A DNA stretch of 47,018 bases, taken from the NCBI GenBank assembly GCA_965364065.1, contig CBDTVI010000001.1, forward strand, positions 1-47,018, written 5' to 3'. Each line of letters opens with the position of its first letter. The first letter of the stretch is position 1. The stretch is from an uncultured Yoonia sp. GTDB lineage: Bacteria > Pseudomonadota > Alphaproteobacteria > Rhodobacterales > Rhodobacteraceae. Position numbers and translations under genes: made by a program. The notes below the pieces were generated by a model that was given only the letters and a program-made list of their open reading frames with translations, was not told where the DNA came from and ran no database searches. Positions 20,509-29,851 of the stretch are shown here, piece after piece.

Positions 20509-21150
20509 TTGGTATTCAAGCGCAGGGATAGACGGGCGATCGGACGGATCGTTCTTGATTTTTTCTATCCGCGTGGTGGTTGGGCGCGTGCGTTCAACTA
20601 CGTCAAACACCGTGTACGCCGCTTGCCTGATACACCCGAAAAGATCAGCCGCGGTATCTGGGCTGGTGTGTTCATCTGCTTTACCCCACTTTTCGGCCTT
20701 CACTTTGTCTTTGGTGCCATCATCGCACGGCTACTGCGCGGGAATATTTTTGCGGCCCTGATGGCCACGTTTTTCGGTAATCCGGTGACGTTTCCGCCGA
20801 TTGGTTGGGTTTCGATCACGCTGGGGTCTTGGTTTCTTGATGTGCCGCAAGCCAAAGTTGCTGGCTTGGGCGAAAAATTTGCTGATGCGAGCTATGATGT
20901 CTGGCACAATCTCTTTGCGATTTTCACGTCAGAACGGATCAATTGGCGCGGTATGCAAGTCTTCTATGACGATGTGTTCTTTCCTTATCTTGTCGGGGGC
21001 TTACTTCCTGGGTTGGTCGCCGCGACAATTGCTTACTACCTCGCTGTCCCACTGATCCGCGCTTATCAGATGCGGCGCAAAAAGGTGCTGCGTGCAAAGC
21101 TTGACCAGTTGAACAAAAAAACGTCCCCTGTGGAAAATAATGGCCTGTGA
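20509..21150 (+). CDS. DUF2062 domain membrane protein
   Basis: RLPDTPEKISRG, FTPLFGLH and GNPVTFPP; TTG start; usual position after rsh. Confidence 0.85.
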   Translation: MVFKRRDRRAIGRIVLDFFYPRGGWARAFNYVKHRVRRLPDTPEKISRGIWAGVFICFTPLFGLHFVFGAIIARLLRGNIFAALMATFFGNPVTFPPIGWVSITLGSWFLDVPQAKVAGLGEKFADASYDVWHNLFAIFTSERINWRGMQVFYDDVFFPYLVGGLLPGLVAATIAYYLAVPLIRAYQMRRKKVLRAKLDQLNKKTSPVENNGL

Positions 21151-21183
21151 TCGCACAGGTAAGGGCATGAAAAAGGAAAGCCG

Positions 21184-21930
21184 ATGACCAGCAAATTGCG
21201 CCTTGGTATAAATATCGACCATGTCGCCACTGTGCGGAATGCCCGTGGTGGTGCGATGCCTGATCCCGTACGTGCAGCGGTTATGGCAGAAAAAGCAGGC
21301 GCTGATGGTATTACCGCGCACTTGCGCGAAGATCGCCGGCATATCTCGGATGCGGATATTGAAGGGTTGATGGCGGCGCTAAAGGGGCCACTGAATTTTG
21401 AGATGGCCGCGACACCTGAAATGCAGGCGATTGCATTGCGTCACAAACCCCATGCTGTCTGTCTCGTGCCTGAAAAGCGCAAAGAACGGACCACCGAGGG
21501 TGGTTTGGAAGTTGCTCGTGAAGAAAACGCGCTGGCCCACTTTATTGCCCCACTGCGCGAAGCAGGTAGCCGCGTGTCGATCTTTATCGCGGCCGATCAG
21601 CGCCAGATCGAAGCGGCCCACCGCATCGGGGCAGAAGTGATTGAATTGCACACTGGTGCCTATTGCGATGCCCACGCTGAAGGGCGTTTTGATGTCCGCG
21701 ATGACGAACTGCGCAAGCTTGCCGATATGGCTGCTTTCGCCCATGACTTGGGACTAGAAGTGCATGCTGGCCACGGTTTGACCTATGACTGCGTGCCCCC
21801 CATCGCGGCCCTGCCGCAAGTGATTGAGTTGAATATCGGACATTTCATCATTGGCGAGGCTATTTTTCGTGGTCTTGAACCAGCTATCGCCGAAATGCGC
21901 AGCGTGATGGATGCGGCCCGTACTCCATGA
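21184..21930 (+). CDS. pdxJ: Pyridoxine 5'-phosphate synthase
   Basis: [31 protein letters not shown] and ELNIGH. Confidence 0.98.
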   Translation: MTSKLRLGINIDHVATVRNARGGAMPDPVRAAVMAEKAGADGITAHLREDRRHISDADIEGLMAALKGPLNFEMAATPEMQAIALRHKPHAVCLVPEKRKERTTEGGLEVAREENALAHFIAPLREAGSRVSIFIAADQRQIEAAHRIGAEVIELHTGAYCDAHAEGRFDVRDDELRKLADMAAFAHDLGLEVHAGHGLTYDCVPPIAALPQVIELNIGHFIIGEAIFRGLEPAIAEMRSVMDAARTP

Positions 21931-22328
21931 TTCTAGGCATCGGTACCGATCTGGCGAATATTGAGCGCATCGCAGGTACGCTCGAGCGTTTTGGCGACCG
22001 CTTTCGAAATCGGGTTTTTACCGACATCGAGCAACAAAAAGCAGAACGCCGCGCTGACGTCGCAGGCACCTATGCAAAACGCTGGGCCGCAAAAGAGGCG
22101 TGTTCAAAAGCGCTGGGCACCGGCTTGCGCATGGGGATTTCGTGGAAAGACATGGCTGTGTCCAATTTACGCACGGGCCAACCAGTTATGGCAGTGACGG
22201 GTTGGGCGAAAACGCGACTGGATGAGATGACGCCAGACGGCCATGAGGCCATAATTCACGTGACTTTGACCGACGATCACCCTTGGGCGCAGGCCTTTGT
22301 AGTGATTGAGGCTCGCCCCATCGCTTGA
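21927..22328 (+). CDS. acpS: Holo-ACP synthase
   Basis: ILGIGTDL and [17 protein letters not shown]. Confidence 0.97.
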   Translation: MILGIGTDLANIERIAGTLERFGDRFRNRVFTDIEQQKAERRADVAGTYAKRWAAKEACSKALGTGLRMGISWKDMAVSNLRTGQPVMAVTGWAKTRLDEMTPDGHEAIIHVTLTDDHPWAQAFVVIEARPIA

Positions 22329-22353
22329 CAGGGCAGGCGCGCGCGCGCATGTA
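22325..22353 (+). promoter_or_regulatory. Possible internal promoter for lepB-rnc-era
   Basis: Consensus TTGACA overlapping the acpS stop, 17-nt spacer and weak -10 CATGTA. Confidence 0.4.
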
Positions 22354-22380
22354 GCCTGAAACCGCACGAAGGATTGAAAA

Positions 22381-23217
22381 ATGGCAGAAAATACTGGGTT
22401 TATCGCCTGGCTAGTTGAGACACTGAAAACAGTGTTCTGGGCGCTGCTCATTGCTGGCATTTTCCGTACCTTGTTTTTCCAACCGTTTTGGATCCCGTCG
22501 GGGTCAATGAAAGACACGATTCTGATTGGTGATTTTATGTTCGTGAACAAGATGGCCTATGGCTATTCTTACGCGTCTTGCCCGTCGATCCGCATTCCTC
22601 AGATTGGCGTTGATCTGGGCGCTGACGACTTTTGCGGATTTGCTGAAGACAGCAACGAACGCCTGTTCGGGTCTGACCCAGAGCGAGGCGACATCGTGGT
22701 GTTCCACCACCCCGTCGATGGGCGTGATTTCATCAAACGTTTGATCGGTTTGCCTGGCGACCGCATCCAGATGGTCGACAGCTTACTTTATATCAATGAC
22801 GTTCCTGTGCAGGTCGAAGCGGCCGGTACGTTCGTCGAAATTATGGCACCGCAGGGCCCACTTGGTATCCGCCCGCAGTGTGAAAATGGAACTGTTGGTT
22901 TCGGCGCTGAATGCACCAAGTCGCGGTTTACCGAAACGCTGCCAAATGGCGTGAGCCATTCAATCTTGAACATCGGGACCCGCCCTTCGGATGATACCGG
23001 CGTATTCACCGTACCTGCAGATCAGTTTTTCTTTATGGGTGACAACCGCGATAATTCCACTGATAGCCGTTTTTCCCAAGCCGCACGTGGCGTTGGGTTT
23101 GTAGAACGCAAAGACATTGTCGGCCGCGCGGACCGCGTGATGTTCTCCTCTGCAGGCAGTTCGATGTTTGCATTCTGGACGTGGCGGTCAGACCGCTTCT
23201 TCAAGGCACTCGATTGA
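22381..23217 (+). CDS. lepB: Signal peptidase I
   Basis: IPSGSM catalytic Ser, [11 protein letters not shown] catalytic Lys and [12 protein letters not shown]. Confidence 0.97.
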   Translation: MAENTGFIAWLVETLKTVFWALLIAGIFRTLFFQPFWIPSGSMKDTILIGDFMFVNKMAYGYSYASCPSIRIPQIGVDLGADDFCGFAEDSNERLFGSDPERGDIVVFHHPVDGRDFIKRLIGLPGDRIQMVDSLLYINDVPVQVEAAGTFVEIMAPQGPLGIRPQCENGTVGFGAECTKSRFTETLPNGVSHSILNIGTRPSDDTGVFTVPADQFFFMGDNRDNSTDSRFSQAARGVGFVERKDIVGRADRVMFSSAGSSMFAFWTWRSDRFFKALD

Positions 23218-23894
23218 AGCTCTCAGCGGAACTTACGGCCTTTTCAGGCAGGCTTGGGTATGAGTTTACCAAGCCCGATACCTTGATAAGGTCCGTGACG
23301 CACTCCTCAATGATGAGCCCGCATCGCGATGACAACCAGCGTTTGGAATTTCTAGGCGACCGCGTGCTTGGCCTTGTGATGGCCGAAGCACTTCTAAAGG
23401 CAGACCCGAATGCGCCCGAAGGCTTGCTGGCGCCGCGCTACAATGCGCTGGTGCGCCGCGAGGCTTGCGCAGATGTGGCGCGTGATATTGATCTTGGCGC
23501 GGTTCTCAAGCTGGGCCGCTCCGAGATGAAATCAGGCGGGCGGCGCAAAGAGGCGTTGCTGGCTGACGCGATGGAAGCCGTAATTGCTGCGATCTATCAA
23601 GACGGCGGGTTTGACGCAGCGCGCGCGGCGATCTTGCGGCTTTGGGGCGTGCGGATCAACAACGTGGCTGATGATGCGCGTGACGCGAAAACAGCACTTC
23701 AAGAATGGGCGCAAGCGCGCGGCGAAGTCCCGCCGCAATACGTTGAGACAGCCCGCACTGGCCCCGATCATCAACCGATATTTACAATTGAAGTGCGTCT
23801 CGCTTCTGGCCCGACTGAAAAAGCGACCGCTGGTTCCAAACGCCATGCAGAGCAAGCCGCCGCAACAGCCCTTTTGGAGAAAGTCGACAAATGA
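23214..23894 (+). CDS. rnc: Ribonuclease III
   Basis: [13 protein letters not shown] signature, ADAMEA and dsRBD ([10 protein letters not shown]). TTG start overlaps the lepB TGA. Confidence 0.97.
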   Translation: MKLSAELTAFSGRLGYEFTKPDTLIRSVTHSSMMSPHRDDNQRLEFLGDRVLGLVMAEALLKADPNAPEGLLAPRYNALVRREACADVARDIDLGAVLKLGRSEMKSGGRRKEALLADAMEAVIAAIYQDGGFDAARAAILRLWGVRINNVADDARDAKTALQEWAQARGEVPPQYVETARTGPDHQPIFTIEVRLASGPTEKATAGSKRHAEQAAATALLEKVDK

Positions 23895-24808
23895 CTGATG
23901 TTAAGACCAAAGCGGGCTTTGTGGCCCTGATCGGTGAACCCAATGCGGGCAAGTCGACGTTGCTGAACCAGATGGTAGGGGCGAAGGTCTCGATCGTGAC
24001 GCATAAGGTGCAAACGACGCGCGCGCGTATCCGCGGTGTCGCGATGGCCGAGAACGCACAGTTGATTTTTGTCGATACGCCGGGCCTCTTCAAACCACGC
24101 CGCCGTTTGGATCGTGCAATGGTCGCCGCTGCTTGGGGTGGGGCTGCTGATGCGGACGTAGTTGTTTTGATGATTGAGGCACACCGCGGCATGTCCGAAG
24201 GCGTCAAAGCCATTTTGGAAACGCTGTCCGAGCGCGCGGGCAAGTCACCTGTCGCTTTGGCAATCAACAAGATCGACAAGGTTAAATCTGAGTCCCTTTT
24301 GGTGCTGACCAAAGAGATGAACGAAGCCTACCCATTCGCAGAGACATTCATGATCTCGGCGGAGCGTGGGCATGGCTGTGATAACCTGCGTGACTGGCTG
24401 GTAACGCAAGTTCCAGAAAGCCCGTATTTGTACCCTGAAGATCAGATCGCAGATCTGCCTATGCGCATGATCGCTGCCGAGATGACCCGCGAAAAGCTAA
24501 CGCTGCGGCTGCACCAAGAATTACCATATGAGCTGACCGTCGAAACCGAAAATTGGGAAGAACGCCCCGATGGATCGGCCCGCATTGACCAGCTGATCTA
24601 TGTCGCGCGTGATGGCCACAAAGGCATCGTGCTTGGCAAAGGCGGCGAGACGATCAAGTCCGTCAGCAAAGCATCGCGACTTGAACTGGAAGAGTTTCTG
24701 GGTCGGCGCGTGCACCTTTTCCTGAAGGTAAAAGTGCGACCAAACTGGCTTGAGGAATCCGAGCGTTATTCGGAAATGGGTCTCGATTTCAAAGACGGAA
24801 ACGCTTGA
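23891..24808 (+). CDS. era: GTPase Era
   Basis: [17 protein letters not shown] and KH domain (HQELPY, IVLGKGG). Confidence 0.98.
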   Translation: MTDVKTKAGFVALIGEPNAGKSTLLNQMVGAKVSIVTHKVQTTRARIRGVAMAENAQLIFVDTPGLFKPRRRLDRAMVAAAWGGAADADVVVLMIEAHRGMSEGVKAILETLSERAGKSPVALAINKIDKVKSESLLVLTKEMNEAYPFAETFMISAERGHGCDNLRDWLVTQVPESPYLYPEDQIADLPMRMIAAEMTREKLTLRLHQELPYELTVETENWEERPDGSARIDQLIYVARDGHKGIVLGKGGETIKSVSKASRLELEEFLGRRVHLFLKVKVRPNWLEESERYSEMGLDFKDGNA

Positions 24809-24814
24809 TCCAAG

Positions 24815-25141
24815 ATGAGACTAACCGCCGATATTTGGGTATCTGCCTATCTGACCCGCCTACGCCTCGTCGAAATTCCCGCGTTTGTCGTCAAGCGTGG
24901 CGATAGTACGGCGGGCGCTGTCTTGGTGAAGATGAATACGCTGGATGGCATGGCGTGTTGCTATCAACGCAGTTTTGATTTGATGACGGGCGATCGCAAG
25001 TGGATGGTTTTGGTCGAGGGCGACGAGCCAACTGTCGATGCCTCTGTTACCAAACAATGCAGTTTCGATCCAGATCTTTGGGTGATTGAAGTTGAAGACC
25101 GTCAAGGTCGGCATTTACTGGATGAGCCTGGACTAGAATAA
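24815..25141 (+). CDS. DUF1491 family protein
   Basis: RLTADIWVSAYL, RGDSTAGAVLVK and FDPDLWVIEVEDRQGR. Confidence 0.88.
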   Translation: MRLTADIWVSAYLTRLRLVEIPAFVVKRGDSTAGAVLVKMNTLDGMACCYQRSFDLMTGDRKWMVLVEGDEPTVDASVTKQCSFDPDLWVIEVEDRQGRHLLDEPGLE

Positions 25142-25147
25142 CTTTTT

Positions 25148-25328
25148 GCCTCCGGCGGGAGTTTAAGAGGCAAGATGATAAGCTTTCTTTAACCATCCCC
25201 CGATAACCTGTTTTTGCGGTCCTAGGCTGGAGAGCGGATGATCGTGCAAGGTGATGAGCTAACACTCATCTTTGAAGGGCAAGGTGGTGTTTATCATCTT
25301 GCCCTTTCTAAACTCCCCCGCCGGAGGC
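25148..25328. repeat. REP-doublet/MITE-like element with imperfect 34-38 bp terminal inverted repeats
   Basis: Left arm gcctccggcgggagtttaagaggcaagatgataa (25148-25181); right arm ttatcatcttgccctttctaaactcccccgccggaggc (25291-25328); non-coding spacer of about 110 bp. Confidence 0.75.
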
Positions 25329-25409
25329 GACTATATCAGCGGCACACTGTACCACTTGCAACTGCGCGGTGTCCGGTCTGTTATGCATCTATGCGCAGGA
25401 CAACTCATT

Positions 25410-26144
25410 ATGATTGAATGGCAAGACGAGGCCGCTTTGTTGGCTGCGCGCCCGTTTGGCGAGACCTCGGTCATCATCGAGGTGTTTAGCGAAACACATG
25501 GCCGCCACGCTGGTGTTGTGCGCGGCGGGACCAGTCGGAAGGTTGCCCCTTTGTTGCAACCGGGTGCCCAACTGTCGGTCACCTGGAAGGCGCGCTTGGA
25601 TAGCCATCTGGGCAGCTTTACGGTTGAGCCGATCCGAAGTCGCGCCGCCGCAGCCATGGGTGACAGGTTAGCACTTGCGGGGCTGAATGCAGTTTGCGGA
25701 CTGTTGGTGATGGTTCTGCCTGAACGCGAGGCGCACCGCCCGCTGTATGATCGGACAATTGGGTTGCTGGACCTCTTGGGACAGTCTGATGTTTGGCCGT
25801 TGGCCTATTTGAGGTGGGAGCAAGCCTTGCTAGAGGAAATGGGGTTCGGTATGGATTTATCCGCCTGTGCAGTGCGCGGGGTGAATGAAGAGTTGATTTA
25901 TGTGTCGCCCAAATCAGGTCGAGCAGTCAGTCGTCAAGGTGCGGGCGAGTGGGCAGACCGAATGTTGCCCTTGCCGCCTGTCTTGGCTGGCAAAGGTGAT
26001 GCGACCCATTCAGAGATTGCGCTGGCATTGGGGACAACAGGGTATTTCATCGAAAACAAGCTAATCAAAGGGCTGGGGGATCGGCCATTGCCCCCTGCAA
26101 GAGCGCGTTTGGTCGAAGTGATCGCGCGTGGCGTGCCCAGCTAA
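25410..26144 (+). CDS. recO: DNA repair protein RecO
   Basis: [29 protein letters not shown] and [11 protein letters not shown]. Start trimmed to 25410, after an AGGA RBS. Confidence 0.95.
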   Translation: MIEWQDEAALLAARPFGETSVIIEVFSETHGRHAGVVRGGTSRKVAPLLQPGAQLSVTWKARLDSHLGSFTVEPIRSRAAAAMGDRLALAGLNAVCGLLVMVLPEREAHRPLYDRTIGLLDLLGQSDVWPLAYLRWEQALLEEMGFGMDLSACAVRGVNEELIYVSPKSGRAVSRQGAGEWADRMLPLPPVLAGKGDATHSEIALALGTTGYFIENKLIKGLGDRPLPPARARLVEVIARGVPS

Positions 26145-27169
26145 ACCAGCTTGTTGTCGATCAGGTATTTAGCGGATGAAACAGCTGCTTTGCGTGCTTG
26201 GCGCATTCCGCGTCCAATAGTTGCCCGCGCACGGGCGTTGTCGATTTTGTCGACACGTCCAAGGCTTGGCACGATTGATTTGATTGTTGGATCAAACCGC
26301 GCCAAGAAGCGGATCAAAAAATTGGGCGCGACACGGGTTGCGATCTTGCGATCAGGAAACGCCTTTTTGACTGCTTGGGCGAGTTCTTTGAAGCTCAAAA
26401 AGCTGTCGACCGTCATGATCCGCTGGCCGAAGGTTTCGGGCTTTTCAATCACCGTGACGTGCATCTCGGCTACGTCCAGCACGTCCACGGTTGCGAAGCC
26501 AATATCTGGCAGCATCGGATCTTTGCCTTGCAACAGCCGTTCGATCACCTGAATTGACGTACCAAAGTATTGATCCAGTGGTGCACCCAAAACAAACCCT
26601 GGGTTAATTGTTGTCAGTTGAATGTCAGGCGCGTCAGTGCGCACAAAGTCCCAAGCCGCCTGTTCGGCCAAGGTCTTTGACCGCACATAAGCCGCCGCTT
26701 CTGGATCAGTGGGGTCGGTCCAGTTTGTTTCATCAAATGATGTATCGCCTGCGGGCAAGGCAGAGCCACTGATCGCAGCCGTTGAGGATGTAAGCACCAC
26801 ACGGGTGATCCCCGCACCATGGGCCGCACGTAACGCACGCATGGTCCCGTCAACCGCTGGGCGGATTAATTCGTCTTCGTGTTTTGGTTGGTCCAATGGA
26901 AACGGTGACGCGGTGTGCATCAGCACGTCGATCCCGTCCATGGCTTCGGTCCAGCCAGCGTCAGCAGTCAGGTCGAGTGCGACAAAGGTCAGGCGCGTCT
27001 CAAGTGCGTTTGCGTTGCTCAGATGGGGTCTAACCGCTTCGGTCACTTCCGCACCGCGACTAAGGTCGCGGACAGTGCCGCGCACATGATACCCTGCCTC
27101 AAGCAGTTGCAGCACGATGTGTTTGGCGATGTAGCCAGTGGCGCCGGTCAAAAGGACGGTCTTGGTCAT
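26141..27169 (-). CDS. NAD-dependent epimerase/dehydratase family (aldehyde reductase-like extended SDR)
   Basis: [19 protein letters not shown] and YVRSKTLAE (YxxxK). Confidence 0.9.
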   Translation of the reverse strand: MTKTVLLTGATGYIAKHIVLQLLEAGYHVRGTVRDLSRGAEVTEAVRPHLSNANALETRLTFVALDLTADAGWTEAMDGIDVLMHTASPFPLDQPKHEDELIRPAVDGTMRALRAAHGAGITRVVLTSSTAAISGSALPAGDTSFDETNWTDPTDPEAAAYVRSKTLAEQAAWDFVRTDAPDIQLTTINPGFVLGAPLDQYFGTSIQVIERLLQGKDPMLPDIGFATVDVLDVAEMHVTVIEKPETFGQRIMTVDSFLSFKELAQAVKKAFPDRKIATRVAPNFLIRFLARFDPTIKSIVPSLGRVDKIDNARARATIGRGMRQARKAAVSSAKYLIDNKLV

Positions 27170-27220
27170 GGGGAAGCTCCTGCTCGCGACGTCAATTAAT
27201 CACTTAGCAGGGGGCTATCC

Positions 27221-28906
27221 TCAATCAAGCAGGCGACGTGCAATGACTTGTGCTTGAATTTCCGCGGCACCTTCAAAGATGTTCAGGATGCGAGCGTCAC
27301 ACAAGATGCGGCTGACTTTGTATTCCAACGCAAAACCGTTGCCACCGTGGATTTGCAGGGCGTTATCTGCGCAGGCCCACGCGATGCGTGCGCCCAAAAG
27401 TTTCGCCATGCCAGCCTCAAGATCACAACGACGGTCGTTGTCCTTTTCGTCAGCGCTGAAATAAGTGAGCTGACGTGCGACCATAATTTCTACAGCCATC
27501 ATTGCCAGTTTGCCCCCAACACGGGGGAATTCGATCAGGGATTTGCCGAACTGCTTGCGGTCTTGGGCGTATTGCATGCCCACGTCCAATGCGGACTGCG
27601 CAACGCCGACAGCACGGGCCGCTGTTTGGATGCGCGCGGATTCGAATGTTTGCATCAACTGCTTAAAGCCTTTGCCGGTCTTATTGCCCAAAAGGTTTTC
27701 GCCTTTGATCGCAAAACCGTCGAACGCCAGTTCATATTCTTTCATGCCGCGGTAACCCAGAACTTCGATCTCGCCGCCAGTCATGCCGGGGGTGGGAAAC
27801 GGGTCTTCTTCTGTGCCGGGCGTTTTCTCCGCCAAGAACATCGACAGGCCGCGATAATCTGTTGTGTCAGGATCGGTGCGCGCCAGCATGGTCATGACGT
27901 GGGTGCGGGTCGCGTGAGTGATCCAAGTTTTGTTGCCTGTGACCTCCCAATCGTCGCCTTTTTTGACGGCGCGGGTGCGCAAGCTGCCAAGGTCAGATCC
28001 GGTATTAGGCTCAGTGAACACAGCGGTTGGTAGGATTTCGGCCGAGGCCAATCCAGGCAACCATTTCTGCTTTTGCTCTTCGGTGCCGCCGCAAAGGATC
28101 AGCTCTGCTGCGATTTCGGACCGTGTCGCAAGTGAGCCGACGCCGATGTACCCGCGGGAGAGTTCTTCGGACACGACACACATGGATGCCTTTGTCAGGC
28201 CAAAGCCGCCGTATTCTTCGGGAATTGTCAGGCCGAAGACGCCCATCTCGGCCATCTCGTCAATAATCTCGAGAGGGATCAATTCGTCCTTCAGATGCCA
28301 ATCATGTGCATCCGGTTCGACCCTCTCGATGCTGAAACGGCGGAATTGCTCGCGGATCATTTCAAGTTCGTCATCAAGGCCGGACGCACCGACAGTAATG
28401 TTGGCGGACTGCTCTTGCATCAGAATTACAAGGCGCATGCGGGCAGCTTGAGTGTTGCCGGATTGGGTCAACGTCATGACGGCAGGTTGCATTAAGGCGC
28501 GCGCGTCGTCTTGGGTTAGACCGATGTCTTGCAGGCGCATAATCTCGCCTTGGCTCATCGGGATGCCACCGTAGATTTGCCACAGGTATTCGCCAAATGC
28601 GATCTGGTGGATCAACTGTTCAACTTCGCCAAACTTGTCCTGCTCTTGCAGACGCACAGCCCAGTTTTGCATTTGCTGCAGCGCTTGTTGGTAAGTTGCC
28701 AACCATGCCAGCCCGTGGGCGGCGGTTTGGTTCGCCTCTATCAGCTTGCCCGAAATGCGGTCACCATCGGTCACCAATTCACGAACCGAGGTTTTGGCGC
28801 GGGCGACAACATCATCCACAGCAGGCAAGGCAGCAGCGGTCAATGACAGCAAGTCAGCCAGTACAGGGTTTTGGTTCAACGTCATGTCCTGACCATCATG
28901 CGGCAT
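27221..28906 (-). CDS. mcd: (2S)-methylsuccinyl-CoA dehydrogenase (ethylmalonyl-CoA pathway)
   Basis: Acyl-CoA dehydrogenase with a ~170-aa N-terminal extension (AAHGLAWLATY, GEYLWQIYGGIPMSQGE), plus AVFTEPNTGSDL and ILNIFEGAAEIQAQVIARRLL, as recalled for Rhodobacter Mcd. Confidence 0.88.
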   Translation of the reverse strand: MPHDGQDMTLNQNPVLADLLSLTAAALPAVDDVVARAKTSVRELVTDGDRISGKLIEANQTAAHGLAWLATYQQALQQMQNWAVRLQEQDKFGEVEQLIHQIAFGEYLWQIYGGIPMSQGEIMRLQDIGLTQDDARALMQPAVMTLTQSGNTQAARMRLVILMQEQSANITVGASGLDDELEMIREQFRRFSIERVEPDAHDWHLKDELIPLEIIDEMAEMGVFGLTIPEEYGGFGLTKASMCVVSEELSRGYIGVGSLATRSEIAAELILCGGTEEQKQKWLPGLASAEILPTAVFTEPNTGSDLGSLRTRAVKKGDDWEVTGNKTWITHATRTHVMTMLARTDPDTTDYRGLSMFLAEKTPGTEEDPFPTPGMTGGEIEVLGYRGMKEYELAFDGFAIKGENLLGNKTGKGFKQLMQTFESARIQTAARAVGVAQSALDVGMQYAQDRKQFGKSLIEFPRVGGKLAMMAVEIMVARQLTYFSADEKDNDRRCDLEAGMAKLLGARIAWACADNALQIHGGNGFALEYKVSRILCDARILNIFEGAAEIQAQVIARRLLD

Positions 28907-29053
28907 TATGCGACTCCTATCAATGTGCAGGTGCAGAGATAATCACTTTGCAACTGCAGCGCAATAATTGTTTGTCCAGATATCTTGTGACGCACAAAAG
29001 TGTCGCAGTGGATTTTTGACTGGTGCGTCTGCCGTAAAGTCGTAAGTAAGGTT

Positions 29054-29824
29054 ATGCCCGAATTTCTTTCCATGCTGACCCCCGCTTTGTTCATTTTCGC
29101 GTGCTGCGTGACGATGCTAGGCGGGTTTGTCAAAGGTGCCGTTGGGTTCGCCATGCCGTTGATCATGATTTCGGGCATGGGGATTTTCATCGCGCCAGAG
29201 TTGATCGTCGCAGGCATCATTATTCCAATTGTCGCCAGTAATTTCTTACAGGTTGCGCGGGCTGGCCTTGGGCCTGCGCGCGCTGCCTTGGAAGAGCATT
29301 GGCGTTATGTGCTGCTGGTCTGTGTCATGATTCTGGTGGCAGCCCAGTTTGTGCGGCATATCCCGGCCGATACGATGTTTATTGTGCTTGGCGTTCCGGT
29401 TGTTGTGCTGTGCCTCATTCAATTGGTTGGCTGGCGGCCACAGATCACACCGCGCTGGCGCCGCCCGTTTGAGTGGATTGCCGGAACGCTGTCTGGTATT
29501 CTTGGCGGCCTTGCAGGCACGTGGGGTCCGCCCACTGTACTGTATCTTTTGGCGTTGAATACACCGCGCGAGCGCCAGATGGCGGTACAAGGCGTGATTT
29601 ATGGGTTGGGTTCGGTGATGCTTTTGGTGGGTCACCTGAAGTCAGGCATTTTGAACGCCGAGACGTGGGGCTTTTCAGCCATCCTCGTGGTGCCTGGACT
29701 GATTGGCATGTGGCTCGGATTTCGGTTGGGTGACCGGTTTGATCAAGAACGGTTTCGTAGGATCACTTTACTTGTGCTGATCGTCGCAGGCGCGAACCTC
29801 ATCCGCCGTGGTGTGATGGGGTAA
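29054..29824 (+). CDS. TauE/SafE family sulfite exporter
   Basis: GGFVKGAVGFAMP and GGLAGTWGPP repeats; multi-TM protein. Confidence 0.85.
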   Translation: MPEFLSMLTPALFIFACCVTMLGGFVKGAVGFAMPLIMISGMGIFIAPELIVAGIIIPIVASNFLQVARAGLGPARAALEEHWRYVLLVCVMILVAAQFVRHIPADTMFIVLGVPVVVLCLIQLVGWRPQITPRWRRPFEWIAGTLSGILGGLAGTWGPPTVLYLLALNTPRERQMAVQGVIYGLGSVMLLVGHLKSGILNAETWGFSAILVVPGLIGMWLGFRLGDRFDQERFRRITLLVLIVAGANLIRRGVMG

Positions 29825-29846
29825 GGTGGATCAAGATCCACCTTAC
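29821..29846. repeat. Perfect 26-bp palindrome (REP-like) between convergent genes
   Basis: gtaaggtggatc-aa-gatccaccttac; it includes the tauE-family stop codon. Confidence 0.7.
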
Positions 29847-29851
29847 ATTAT

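Noticed and set aside
25047..25265. 72-aa minus-strand ORF starting within the recO-upstream element, considered as a toxin or cargo peptide
   Set aside because: It overlaps DUF1491 antisense, lacks a hydrophobic helix or RBS, and crosses the repeat arm.
27248..28033. 261-aa + strand ORF antisense to mcd (similar ones lie opposite rsh, pckA and etfB)
   Set aside because: Long antisense ORFs are expected from codon bias in GC-rich conserved genes; there is no independent coding signal.
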